Virus record (IMG/VR): IMGVR_UViG_3300044640_001495
Span: 124,001 to 188,000 of that record
Length of the DNA stretch: 64,000 nt
Direction: 5' to 3' (one strand)
Both the position numbers and the translations under genes were made by a program. Below, piece by piece: positions 1 to 9,246 of the stretch (position 1 is the first letter of the stretch; the number at the start of each line of letters is the position of its first letter). The notes below the pieces were generated by a model. It saw only the letters and a program-made list of their open reading frames with translations, did not search any database and was not told the DNA's origin.

Positions 1-19
1 CTGCTCTTTTTCGCTTCAT
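1..19 (-). CDS. 5' end of a minus-strand gene running off the window (MKRKRA...)
   Basis: ATG at 19-17 on -, strong SD (AAAGGAGGG, 38-30) upstream, TTAAATA at 97-91; only 6 codons visible. Confidence 0.55.
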
Positions 20-90
20 ATAAGGTTAGCCCTCCTTTTACGTGTAGGCACGGACCTCAAACCGTTTGTGTCCGTGGCCGAACACAAAAG

Positions 91-97
91 TATTTAA
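91..97 (-). promoter_or_regulatory. T4-like late promoter motif (TTAAATA)
   Basis: TAAATA core upstream of hairpin leader and SD. Confidence 0.45.
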
Positions 98-138
98 CGA
101 TAACTCAAAAAAGTAATGTGTAATGATTATGTTTTGAC

Positions 139-146
139 GATAAATA
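139..146 (+). promoter_or_regulatory. T4-like late promoter motif (GATAAATA)
   Basis: Matches TATAAATA core; followed by AGGAGA SD and ATG 162. Confidence 0.6.
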
Positions 147-161
147 CAATTAGGAGAAATC

Positions 162-692
162 ATGGCCGATATTAAAGACATCATTACAAACATAGAACAG
201 CTTTACGGCTCAAACAGCAGCTTGAACATGCTCAAAGATTTTGAACGTGTTGTAGATGAGTTGGATGTCTATGTTTACGAAAACTGGATCGATGGCGAAC
301 TGGTTGCCGGTCCCAAAGAATCACGCTACTTTGTAGAGTGTACGTTTATGTGGCCTGAAGAAAAAATGCCTGAACCTAAAGGTGGCAAGCGCCTACTAGA
401 CTACGGTTGCAAAGTTCAATATGCCGAAAGCAGTATTTCTAAAGTAAGAAAGATTAAAACCGTAGATGATGTTCGTCCGGGTACAAAGAAAGGCAAAATT
501 GATCATGAGCCTGTGTGGATGGTTAAAATTGTTATGCCTAAAAAATTAATGAACGACATCAATCGTGGTTATAAAAATCTTGATGCAAATAAGGTAGAAG
601 ATATACTAAATCAAAACGGAGTAGTGGCATCTCAACCAGAAGATGCTGCACCAGCAGAGGGAGCCGCAGATGCCGCACAACCAACAGCTTAA
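162..692 (+). CDS. hypothetical phage protein
   Basis: 176-aa ORF with SD, acidic/Ala-rich tail. Confidence 0.85.
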   Translation: MADIKDIITNIEQLYGSNSSLNMLKDFERVVDELDVYVYENWIDGELVAGPKESRYFVECTFMWPEEKMPEPKGGKRLLDYGCKVQYAESSISKVRKIKTVDDVRPGTKKGKIDHEPVWMVKIVMPKKLMNDINRGYKNLDANKVEDILNQNGVVASQPEDAAPAEGAADAAQPTA

Positions 693-1416
693 CGAAGGAC
701 TGCGTCCAATGGACCTAGCAGAGATGGTCAATGATACATTTGAAGTTGATACCTTTCGATCAAAGATGGGCGAGGATCGTGATGTATGCGTGTTAACATT
801 TACTGTCCTTGATAGAAATCCTGCAAAGGATCTAATGGAGTTTATTGAAAAGGGCTACGACTTTGTGTTAGACGCTGATGTCAGCAGTGGCGAAAATACC
901 AACGGCGAGTATAGTGTATTTGTTGAACTGTCAAGAACTAAAGACCTTGCTGAACAGATTAAAGAATTAACCTATGGTATTAAAAAACTTACAGGTATTA
1001 GTGATTGGGAATTTCGTTATCACAAAGACGGCAAGAAGTTTCAAGTATCTGAAGAAACTCTTAAGTCAGTTATTCCTCCAACGCCTGGAGCCTATGACGG
1101 CCTAATGAGCAAAATGCGTGTCGAAGGAATCAAACGTTTCTTTAGTAAAACACTAATGGACGACTTAACCTTAGATGGAGATGTAATTACCATTCACAAA
1201 CCGTTTAATCGACAGGTTAAACTTCGTATGGTTAAAGAAGCTGCCACTGATTCTATCCTAGAAGGTGTGGTAGATCCCATCACAATGGATGATGTTTCTA
1301 CTAGTGAAGTGTTTTGGCTAACTAAAGTTTTAGGTGACTATAATATCAACAAGGTTGGTAATAATTTTATGTTTGACAACAAGGGTCAAGCAATGCTACT
1401 TCAAAGGATGGAATAA
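670..1416 (+). CDS. hypothetical phage protein
   Basis: ORF 643-1416; ATG 670 (MPHNQQLNEG) preferred start; stop overlaps next ATG. Confidence 0.8.
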   Translation: MPHNQQLNEGLRPMDLAEMVNDTFEVDTFRSKMGEDRDVCVLTFTVLDRNPAKDLMEFIEKGYDFVLDADVSSGENTNGEYSVFVELSRTKDLAEQIKELTYGIKKLTGISDWEFRYHKDGKKFQVSEETLKSVIPPTPGAYDGLMSKMRVEGIKRFFSKTLMDDLTLDGDVITIHKPFNRQVKLRMVKEAATDSILEGVVDPITMDDVSTSEVFWLTKVLGDYNINKVGNNFMFDNKGQAMLLQRME

Positions 1417-2045
1417 TGAGCTTTACATTTAACTTCACAAAACAACAACTTAAAGAAATGATTCCAAAGAATCCCTATGTGGATCAATGGTTTGAAGCCA
1501 TAAGTGAAATACTTCCCGAGTATGAAATCACAACGCCCCAGCGTGTGGCAGCTTTCCTAGCACAGTGCGCTCACGAAAGCGGTGGCTTTGTTTTCCTAAA
1601 AGAAAACCTAAACTACAAGGCAGCTAGTCTACGCAGAGTGTTTCCTAAGTATTTTCCAGATGATGCCATTGCTGCTCAGTATGCAGGCAAGGGCGAAATG
1701 ATTGCCAACCGAGTCTATGCTAACCGTATGGGTAATGGTGACGAAGCCAGCGGTGACGGATGGCGCTACTGTGGTCGTGGTCTTATTCAATTGACTGGCA
1801 AGAACAACTATACATTCTTTGCAGGATCACTAGATATCCCTGTAGAAGAAGCCAGCGAATACCTACAGACATTTGAAGGCGCTGTGCAATCCGCCTGCTT
1901 CTTCTGGGAACAAAACAAATTGAACCAATGGGCAGATGCCGGTGACATTCTAACACTGACAAAAAGAATCAACGGTGGCACTATTGGTCTAGAAGATCGC
2001 ATCAAGCACTACGAACACGCTCTACATATCTTCGGAGCACACTAA
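1416..2045 (+). CDS. glycoside hydrolase family 19 (chitinase-like) endolysin
   Basis: AAFLAQCAHESGGF, ENLNY, GDGWRYCGRGLIQLTGKNNY, KRINGG motifs. Confidence 0.93.
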   Translation: MSFTFNFTKQQLKEMIPKNPYVDQWFEAISEILPEYEITTPQRVAAFLAQCAHESGGFVFLKENLNYKAASLRRVFPKYFPDDAIAAQYAGKGEMIANRVYANRMGNGDEASGDGWRYCGRGLIQLTGKNNYTFFAGSLDIPVEEASEYLQTFEGAVQSACFFWEQNKLNQWADAGDILTLTKRINGGTIGLEDRIKHYEHALHIFGAH

Positions 2046-2536
2046 TGACTCAGTTAGGATGGATGTTTGGCCTATTACCTGATGCTTTTTTAAATTGGTT
2101 TTATTGGGCTATAATTGTAGCTGGTATTACCGGAGTGCTTGCAGGATGGTTGGGCAAGTGGATTCCATTCTACGGAAACTATGTAAGGATATTACAACCA
2201 GTTGGCATCGTATTACTGGTACTAGGTGTATGGCTACGTGGTGGGTATGATACGGAAATGGCTTGGCGAGAGAAAGTTAAAGCTGCTGAAGAACGTGTAG
2301 CACTTGCTGAAAAGCAGGCCGAGGAGGCCAGCGGCAAAGTTGAAATTAAAGTTGTTGAAAAGACTAAAATACTTAAAGAAAAAGGCAACGACATTATCAA
2401 ATATGTTGATCGTGAAGTTATTAAGAAAGAAGAAATTATCAAATACATTGAAAGATGCCCAGTTCCTACTGAAATAATCAATCTACACAATCAAGCTACA
2501 GAACTTAACCGTGCAGCAGAAGGGCCAAAGAAATGA
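2045..2536 (+). CDS. putative inner-membrane spanin (Rz-like)
   Basis: N-terminal TM segments, coiled coil, C-terminal Cys; follows endolysin and precedes a lipoprotein. Confidence 0.7.
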   Translation: MTQLGWMFGLLPDAFLNWFYWAIIVAGITGVLAGWLGKWIPFYGNYVRILQPVGIVLLVLGVWLRGGYDTEMAWREKVKAAEERVALAEKQAEEASGKVEIKVVEKTKILKEKGNDIIKYVDREVIKKEEIIKYIERCPVPTEIINLHNQATELNRAAEGPKK

Positions 2537-2799
2537 AAATTTTAATTCTTAGCTTAACATTATTTTTAGTGAGTTGCGCTACATCTGTTCCTGTTGTACC
2601 TAAGTTTCCCGAGGCGCCGCAAGTTTTAAAAGAGAAATGCGAAAGCCTAAGAAAGATTGAAGGCGATAAAGTAGCTATTACAGAAATGTTAAAAGTTGTA
2701 ATACAGAATTACTCTTTGTACTACGAATGTTCAACTAAAGTTGAAGGTTGGCAGGAGTGGTATGATGCACAAAAGAAAATCTACGAAAGCATAAAATGA
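2533..2799 (+). CDS. putative outer-membrane spanin lipoprotein (Rz1-like)
   Basis: Signal peptide with lipobox LVSC, Pro-rich PVVPKFPEAP after Cys; 4-nt overlap with i-spanin. Confidence 0.75.
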   Translation: MKILILSLTLFLVSCATSVPVVPKFPEAPQVLKEKCESLRKIEGDKVAITEMLKVVIQNYSLYYECSTKVEGWQEWYDAQKKIYESIK

Positions 2800-3020
2800 A
2801 AATTATATTAATTATTGCGGCAGTGTTATTATCCGGGTGTGCAGCCACTAATCCGGAAGTTCAAAAATCATTGTCAAGAGATCAAACCATGGACAAGATG
2901 GCTAAAACAGCACTGATAAACGAAATGTTAAACAGTCCCGACCCCCATGTAAGATCTAAAGGTGCTGCAATTGCAGAAAAGTTTTTAACAGAACCGAAGA
3001 AGAACTTCTTTGGATTTTAA
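2796..3020 (+). CDS. small lipoprotein
   Basis: Lipobox LSGC at residues 12-15. Confidence 0.7.
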   Translation: MKIILIIAAVLLSGCAATNPEVQKSLSRDQTMDKMAKTALINEMLNSPDPHVRSKGAAIAEKFLTEPKKNFFGF

Positions 3021-3027
3021 TTAAATA
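3021..3027 (+). promoter_or_regulatory. late promoter motif (TTAAATA)
   Basis: Intergenic, upstream of AGGAG SD and ATG 3053. Confidence 0.5.
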
Positions 3028-3052
3028 CTAGTACATTAAGTAGGAGCGAGCG

Positions 3053-3616
3053 ATGTCAGTAGTTGATTCAGTATTAAAATTAATAACAAAAACCCCAAAA
3101 GATCCGGACGCACCTAAGCCGCCAGTAGGATCAAGATCAGAGCGCGAAGCAAAGATCAAAGATCGAGCAGGTATGGTAATCAGTGTGTTTGCACTGTTGC
3201 TGGCTGTAAACGCTTGGTATGGCGGCGGATTATCAAGCAAGGTATTAAACAATACCATTGCTGCCAACAATCAATGGTCGTGGTATCAGGCTAAAAACAT
3301 TCGTGCTGTGCTATACGAAACAGCCGCAGTAGAAGCTCGTAGTCCGGAAGTTAAAGCCAAGTTTGAAGCAGAAGCAGATCGTATGGAAGCAGACAAGAAA
3401 GAAATTGCGGTTAAAGCTAAACAACTTGAAGCAGAACGTGATCTAGCTAAACAGAAATCACCTTGGATTGGATATGCATCAACTGCATATCAAATGAGCA
3501 TTGTTATATTGTCAGCAAGTATTCTTGCTGTTAGTATGCCCCTATTCTGGGGAAGTTTTGCGGTAGCAGGCATTGGTATACTGTTAAGTAGCCAAGGTGT
3601 GTTGCTTTGGTTGTGA
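3053..3616 (+). CDS. DUF4337-like membrane protein
   Basis: TM, NNQWSWYQAKNIR motif, coiled coil, two C-terminal TMs. Confidence 0.65.
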   Translation: MSVVDSVLKLITKTPKDPDAPKPPVGSRSEREAKIKDRAGMVISVFALLLAVNAWYGGGLSSKVLNNTIAANNQWSWYQAKNIRAVLYETAAVEARSPEVKAKFEAEADRMEADKKEIAVKAKQLEAERDLAKQKSPWIGYASTAYQMSIVILSASILAVSMPLFWGSFAVAGIGILLSSQGVLLWL

Positions 3617-3636
3617 TAGACAAATAGGAGCGGAAA

Positions 3637-4182
3637 ATGAGCGAACAAGTTAAAAGCGCAAGCGAAACAAAGAAAGAAGATTGGATGAATTCAAAATGGC
3701 GTCCAATGATGGGGTGGATGTACATGTTAGTTTGTACTATGGACATGGTTATATTTCCCGTCCTATGGAGTCTGCTACAAACTACAACAGGCCACCCTTT
3801 AACCCAATGGAATCCATTGACACTTCAAGGCGCTGGTTTATTCCATATTGCCATGGGCGCGGTATTAGGTATTGCGGCATTTGGTCGCACACAAGAAAAA
3901 CTAGGTGGAGCAAACAATGGCGGAATACAAACACCAGGAACAGGATTTCAGAGCGGGGCTCCAGCATTTGGCCAACCTCAAGCAGGAGGCTTCGGCAACT
4001 CCGGTGGTTTTAATTCACCAGCACCAAGTAGCTTTGGCGGCAGTACAGGATTTGGATCGCCAACAAGTGGCGGGTTTAATCCAGCACCAAGCTGGGGTAC
4101 AACACCAGTATCAGCAGCACCAGTAGTAGCAGGTTTTGGCGGTAAGCCAGCACCTATGCAACCAGAACAACCACAAATTTAA
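3637..4182 (+). CDS. putative holin (3TM/GTA-holin-like) with G/S/F-rich tail
   Basis: KWRPMMGWMY...IFPVLW hydrophobic segments typical of 3TM holins; lysis cassette context. Confidence 0.65.
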   Translation: MSEQVKSASETKKEDWMNSKWRPMMGWMYMLVCTMDMVIFPVLWSLLQTTTGHPLTQWNPLTLQGAGLFHIAMGAVLGIAAFGRTQEKLGGANNGGIQTPGTGFQSGAPAFGQPQAGGFGNSGGFNSPAPSSFGGSTGFGSPTSGGFNPAPSWGTTPVSAAPVVAGFGGKPAPMQPEQPQI

Positions 4183-4192
4183 AGGAATTATT

Positions 4193-4429
4193 ATGAAAAA
4201 GTTTTTAATCGCATTAAACATTGTAATTTGGAGTTTTGTAGGATATCAAGCAACAGCTTTGGCTGCTGCCGAAGAACCAAAGACAAAACAAATTTGTGTA
4301 GATCTGCAAGGCAAGGACGGCAAGCCCGTAATTGACCCTAAGACTAAGAAGCCCAAGCAAGATTGCAAAACTGTCAAAATACACAAGAAACACGAAGGCA
4401 CCAAGCCCGAGGATGTTAAGAAAAAATAA
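4193..4429 (+). CDS. small exported basic protein
   Basis: AAGGA SD, signal peptide MKKFLIAL...ALA, two Cys, Lys-rich. Confidence 0.7.
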   Translation: MKKFLIALNIVIWSFVGYQATALAAAEEPKTKQICVDLQGKDGKPVIDPKTKKPKQDCKTVKIHKKHEGTKPEDVKKK

Positions 4430-4455
4430 TAGCAATCTAGTTTAGGTATTAAATA

Positions 4456-4483
4456 TAAGGCTGCTTGACGCAGCCTTACTTTT
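4456..4483 (+). terminator. probable intrinsic terminator
   Basis: 9-bp stem TAAGGCTGC/GCAGCCTTA, loop TTGAC, then CTTTT. Confidence 0.6.
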
Positions 4484-4493
4484 CGTATATAAT
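4465..4493 (+). promoter_or_regulatory. sigma70-type promoter for dnaJ operon
   Basis: TTGACG-N17-TATAAT; ATG 6 nt after -10. Confidence 0.8.
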
Positions 4494-4499
4494 ATAAAC

Positions 4500-5357
4500 A
4501 TGGACTACTATTCAACTCTCGGTTTACAAAGAAACGCCTCCGAAGACGATATCAAAAAAGCATATCGCAAAATGGCTATGAAACATCACCCCGATCGTGG
4601 AGGTGATGAAAAACAATTCAAACAGGTTTCCGAAGCCTACGAAATACTCAGCGATCCACAGAAAAAACAAATGGTGGACATGGGTGTTGATCCTAAGGCT
4701 CAACAGGCCGGAGGACACAGACATCAACAAGGACCATTTGAGTTCCACTTCAATACAGGAAATTTTGAAGATGTCTTTAGCAATTTTGGATTCGGCGGAG
4801 GTGGTCCGTTTGGATTCGGCGGAAGGCAACCGCAAAGAAACAAGACTATCAACATCACTGTGGATCTTTCGTTGGAAGACGTTTTGAAAGGCAAAGATCT
4901 AGATGCAGAACTTGCCGTGCCCGGGGGTAGAAAAAAAATAATTAATATAAGTATTCCTTCTGGGATTGAGGGTGGTCAGCAGATCAGATATCAAGGCATG
5001 GGAGATGCCAGCATTCAAGGCATACCGCCGGGCGATCTAATCGTTAACATACGTGTGGCACCACATCCCATATTCAGGCGAGAAGGCGATGCACTAATCA
5101 TCGAGAAAAATATTTCAGTGTGGGAAGCCATTCTAGGTTGTACCCTAGACCTACAAACCTTAGACGGAAAAAAATTAACTATCACGGTGCCGCCAGGCAC
5201 ACAGCCAGAAACTGTGTTGAGCTGTCGCAATGAGGGCTTGCCAAATATGCGAAATAGACAAAGAGGAAATCTATTGATAAACATCAAAGTGGTTATACCT
5301 AGAAATTTAACTGCTGCACAAATTGCTGCTGTCGAAAATTGTAAAAATGGATTTTAA
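4500..5357 (+). CDS. dnaJ: DnaJ-family co-chaperone (class II, no Zn finger)
   Basis: J domain with HPD (KHHPDRGG), G/F region, C-terminal GEGLP-like/RGNL domain; no CxxCxGxG repeats. Confidence 0.95.
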   Translation: MDYYSTLGLQRNASEDDIKKAYRKMAMKHHPDRGGDEKQFKQVSEAYEILSDPQKKQMVDMGVDPKAQQAGGHRHQQGPFEFHFNTGNFEDVFSNFGFGGGGPFGFGGRQPQRNKTINITVDLSLEDVLKGKDLDAELAVPGGRKKIINISIPSGIEGGQQIRYQGMGDASIQGIPPGDLIVNIRVAPHPIFRREGDALIIEKNISVWEAILGCTLDLQTLDGKKLTITVPPGTQPETVLSCRNEGLPNMRNRQRGNLLINIKVVIPRNLTAAQIAAVENCKNGF

Positions 5358-5850
5358 ACTAGATGCTCATGAGAGCTTGATGCAGGTGAGTGAGCCTTGG
5401 GATTTTACCACCCAAGATTCTAAAATGCATGCCAAGCATTTAGCCGATGCCATGATTGAATTCATGACTGCTCAAAAAGGAATAGGACTAGCTGCCAATC
5501 AAATCGGTATTGCACAACGTGTGTTTACCATGGGCAGTTATAACATCGAAGGATTTCCCATTCCTTTTGCTGTGTTTAATCCCAAGATTATAAGTACAAG
5601 TAACACACAAGAACTTGCAGAAGAAGGATGTTTAAGTTATCCTAATTTATGGTTGAAGGTTACCCGACCTTGCAGTATTGTAGCAGAATATCAAGACAGC
5701 GACAGCAACACGCATACCGTGGAAATGTCTGGACTTATTGCAAGATGCTTTCAACATGAATTAGATCACTTGAACGGTGTATGTTTTGTTGACAAAGTCT
5801 CTCCTATGAGACTACAATTAGCTATGAAGAAACTTAGGAAAAGGAAATAA
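5347..5850 (+). CDS. def: peptide deformylase
   Basis: GIGLAANQIG, EGCLS, QHELDHLNG motifs; ATG 5347 preferred. Confidence 0.96.
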   Translation: MDFKLDAHESLMQVSEPWDFTTQDSKMHAKHLADAMIEFMTAQKGIGLAANQIGIAQRVFTMGSYNIEGFPIPFAVFNPKIISTSNTQELAEEGCLSYPNLWLKVTRPCSIVAEYQDSDSNTHTVEMSGLIARCFQHELDHLNGVCFVDKVSPMRLQLAMKKLRKRK

Positions 5851-8184
5851 ATGATCGAGCCAAGTCAGAACTTACAGCGTATATTCGATAATGCTGTGCA
5901 AGTTGCCAAACAATTGCAACATGAATATATCACCATAGAACATTTAGTCTACAGTATCATATGTGACGAGGAGTCATTTAAGATAGTAGAAAACTATGGC
6001 GCCGATGCTAACTTTATCAAAAGCAATCTAGATCATTATATCAAAAATAATCTCAAAGAAATTGTTGTTGTAGAAACAGAGTATAAGCCCAAAAAGACTA
6101 GTTCAGTTGAACGTGTGTTAAATCGTTGTTTTACCCAAGTATTGTTTAGTGGACGCCAACGCATGGAAGTGGCTGACATCATAATCAGTGTGCTCAGTGA
6201 AAAAAATAGTTTCAGTTTTTACTTCCTGACCAAAGGTGGGTTAACCAAAGACAAATTTGTCAAATACTTTCAAGAAAATATTGTTGTAGAAGAAGAAGAA
6301 CAACCCATGCAGATAGTTAATAATAATCAGGTAGAAAGAATTCTCAATCAATTCTGTACCAATCTCAGTCTACATGCCAAACAACGCAAGATCGATCCTG
6401 TTATTGGTCGAGATGAAGAACTAGAAAAAATACAATTGATACTGGCTCGCCGTAGCAAATCTAATGTGTTAATGGTAGGTGATCCAGGGGTTGGCAAGAC
6501 TGCCATAGCTGAAGGATTGGCTCGCAAGATCTTTGAAAAGAAAGTTCCCAAGTTCATCCAGGATCATCAAGTATACACTCTTGATATCAGTGCGTTACTA
6601 GCTGGATCAAAATATCGTGGGGATTTCGAAGAAAGAATCAAGGCCGTGTTATCTGCACTAGAAAAGAAAGGCAAGATCATTCTTTTTATTGATGAGGCGC
6701 ACATGATGCAGGGTGCTGGTGCTGCTAATCAAAGTTCCAACGACATGGCCAATATGTTGAAACCTATACTTACCAAAGGTGTTCTCAAACTGATAGCATC
6801 AACAACATGGGAAGAATATCGCAAGCACTTTGAAAAAGATCGTGCATTGATGCGCAGATTCCAACGTGTTACAGTTGACGAGCCAAGTCCGGAAATGTCA
6901 GTAAAGATTCTCAAGGGCATTCGCAAATACTATGAGAAACATCACAACGTTAAGATTACAGATGCCGCAGTAGAACAGGCTGTTAAACTTTCTATTAAGT
7001 ATATGGCAGACAAAAAGTTGCCCGACAAGGCCATAGACATCATAGACTGTGCGGCTGCAAGATACAAACTCAAAGATGACGAAACCATGGATGGTGTTGA
7101 ACAACTTGTAGATGTTGAGCAGGTGGTATACGAACTTAGTAAAATGATCAACATGCCTTTAGAAAGTGTGGCACAAAAAGAAAGTAAAAATCTTGCAGAT
7201 CTAGAAGGCGGCATGAAAGCCGCAGTCTATGGACAGGATGGTGCTGTTGATACCCTGTTAGACAAAATATTTGTAGCGCAGGCCGGAATGAAATCACCAA
7301 ACAAACCTATAGGAAGTTTTTTATTCTTGGGACCCACGGGCTGCGGTAAAACAGAAACTGCCAAGCAATTGGCTGATAAGATGTCAATGACATTGGTAAG
7401 ATTTGACATGGGTGAGTATCAAGAAAAACATTCTGTGGCTCGATTGATAGGTGCACCTCCGGGCTATGTAGGCTACGAAGACAATGCCGGACAATTGATT
7501 ACAAAACTACAGGAAACACCCAACTGCATACTGTTATTGGATGAAATTGAAAAAGCTCATCCTGATGTCACAAACATCTTGTTGGCATTCATGGACAATG
7601 GCTTTGTCACAGGATCTAATGGCAAAGTGGCCGATGGCAGAAATTGTATTCTAATTATGACATCAAATCTTGGTGCCAGAGACAACGAAAACAACACTAT
7701 TGGTTTTGGAGAACTAGAAAAAGATGGTGAAGATGACAAAGCAGTGAAAAAATTCTTTGCGCCGGAGTTTCGTAATAGACTAGATGCTGTAATAAAGTTC
7801 TCTAAATTATCTCAGACTGTGGTTATACAGATTGTTAAAAAGTTTGTGGCAGAGCTCAATGATCAGTTAAAAGACAAAAACATTGAGATAGTTTTGAACA
7901 ATGAAGCTGTAAAGTGGCTGGCAGATCAAGGCTTTGATTCTAAAATGGGTGCAAGACCGCTGGCTCGTTTAATCGACAACAAGTTGAAATCGCCGTTGAG
8001 TCGTAAGGTATTATTCGGTGACCTTCAGAACGGTGGTAGGGTAAATGTGCAGTTACAAGATTCAGATTTAGTATTTGAAATTACGGAACTGCCTAAGCCA
8101 CTGTCTAAAGAAGAAAGAAAAGCTCTTAAAAGAACACAGCCAGTGGTAGAGGTCATTAAAGATGTTGAAAAGCAAGACAACTAG
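5851..8184 (+). CDS. clpA: ATP-dependent Clp protease ATP-binding subunit ClpA
   Basis: Two AAA+ domains (GDPGVGKT/FIDEAH; GPTGCGKT/LLDEIEKAH), IGF ClpP-docking loop, no ClpB middle domain. Confidence 0.95.
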   Translation: MIEPSQNLQRIFDNAVQVAKQLQHEYITIEHLVYSIICDEESFKIVENYGADANFIKSNLDHYIKNNLKEIVVVETEYKPKKTSSVERVLNRCFTQVLFSGRQRMEVADIIISVLSEKNSFSFYFLTKGGLTKDKFVKYFQENIVVEEEEQPMQIVNNNQVERILNQFCTNLSLHAKQRKIDPVIGRDEELEKIQLILARRSKSNVLMVGDPGVGKTAIAEGLARKIFEKKVPKFIQDHQVYTLDISALLAGSKYRGDFEERIKAVLSALEKKGKIILFIDEAHMMQGAGAANQSSNDMANMLKPILTKGVLKLIASTTWEEYRKHFEKDRALMRRFQRVTVDEPSPEMSVKILKGIRKYYEKHHNVKITDAAVEQAVKLSIKYMADKKLPDKAIDIIDCAAARYKLKDDETMDGVEQLVDVEQVVYELSKMINMPLESVAQKESKNLADLEGGMKAAVYGQDGAVDTLLDKIFVAQAGMKSPNKPIGSFLFLGPTGCGKTETAKQLADKMSMTLVRFDMGEYQEKHSVARLIGAPPGYVGYEDNAGQLITKLQETPNCILLLDEIEKAHPDVTNILLAFMDNGFVTGSNGKVADGRNCILIMTSNLGARDNENNTIGFGELEKDGEDDKAVKKFFAPEFRNRLDAVIKFSKLSQTVVIQIVKKFVAELNDQLKDKNIEIVLNNEAVKWLADQGFDSKMGARPLARLIDNKLKSPLSRKVLFGDLQNGGRVNVQLQDSDLVFEITELPKPLSKEERKALKRTQPVVEVIKDVEKQDN

Positions 8185-8839
8185 TAGAAAATTCTACGGT
8201 AAATGGTTATACAAGGCATCTATCAATATTCCAGGTGTTGCAATTCTACGTTCAAAATCTTTAGATGATATTATTGATTTTTTGATAAAACCTTTACCCC
8301 AAACTACAAATTATAGGCATAGTCTCAATGTCAAAGCACATACCAATGCTATATATTTGACCAAGTTATGCAAATTTTTAAAACCACTTGAAATTCAACT
8401 ATGGACAAAACGTATCGAAACCAATCAATTGGATTTCTATACCAACGACCAATCGATATACAATGATTTCTGTAAGAAATTTAGTTTGATTCTTACGCAA
8501 AAATTTGAACCTGCAGCTGATGATCTAGAATTACTTAATAATCAATATACAATTATAACTAAAAAATTACCGCACAACAGGTATAGATACAGAGCATTTC
8601 TTAGACCACATAAAATGAAAAGTGATCTAGATGCCAAACAGAAATACATAGAGTGGATCGAGCTGCAAGGTGATAAAGTGCGCCTAAGTAAGAGAGTCAA
8701 AGAGTGGTTTATTAAAACTGATTGGAATTGGGATCGTAGATACCTATTGGTAGAAGACACTCCAACCTTGCTAATGCTGCAAATGCGTAGTGGAGAGGCT
8801 ATAGGCAAGGTATACGAATACGTGGTAGTCGATAAATAA
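8162..8839 (+). CDS. hypothetical protein
   Basis: 225-aa ORF on coding strand. Confidence 0.75.
   Translation: MLKSKTTSRKFYGKWLYKASINIPGVAILRSKSLDDIIDFLIKPLPQTTNYRHSLNVKAHTNAIYLTKLCKFLKPLEIQLWTKRIETNQLDFYTNDQSIYNDFCKKFSLILTQKFEPAADDLELLNNQYTIITKKLPHNRYRYRAFLRPHKMKSDLDAKQKYIEWIELQGDKVRLSKRVKEWFIKTDWNWDRRYLLVEDTPTLLMLQMRSGEAIGKVYEYVVVDK
8831..8838 (+). promoter_or_regulatory. late promoter motif (GATAAATA)
   Basis: ATG 4 nt downstream, no SD. Confidence 0.6.
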
Positions 8840-8842
8840 CTG

Positions 8843-9199
8843 ATGTCCACTGAAAATCAAGTATTATTATCAAATATCACTGCCGAAGCAGCTGATTCTA
8901 CCTATGTGTATGGCTCTAAACAGCCAGGTGCAGGCTATCATAAACGTAGCGATAGCATGCATACAGCCACATATTCAGTGAATTCATTTGTCGGAGCAAT
9001 CAAACTCCAGGCCACATTGGCGTTGTATCCGGCAGATTCTGATTGGTTTGACATAGATGGCACAGATATAGGACTTGGTTCTGATAGTTCTGCATGGACC
9101 ATTACAAATTCTATTAATTTTACCGGGAATTTTGTATGGCTACGTGCTGCATACAATCTACAGAACGGTACTATTATAGAAATCCGATATAATTATTAA
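8843..9199 (+). CDS. hypothetical, beta-rich (possible virion protein)
   Basis: 118-aa ORF behind late motif. Confidence 0.75.
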   Translation: MSTENQVLLSNITAEAADSTYVYGSKQPGAGYHKRSDSMHTATYSVNSFVGAIKLQATLALYPADSDWFDIDGTDIGLGSDSSAWTITNSINFTGNFVWLRAAYNLQNGTIIEIRYNY

Positions 9200-9211
9200 C
9201 TCCTAACATTC

Positions 9212-9219
9212 GATAAATA
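9212..9219 (+). promoter_or_regulatory. late promoter motif (GATAAATA)
   Basis: 15-mer GATAAATATAGTATG identical to 13320-13334. Confidence 0.65.
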
Positions 9220-9246
9220 TAGTATGACCTTACGGAATCATATTAT

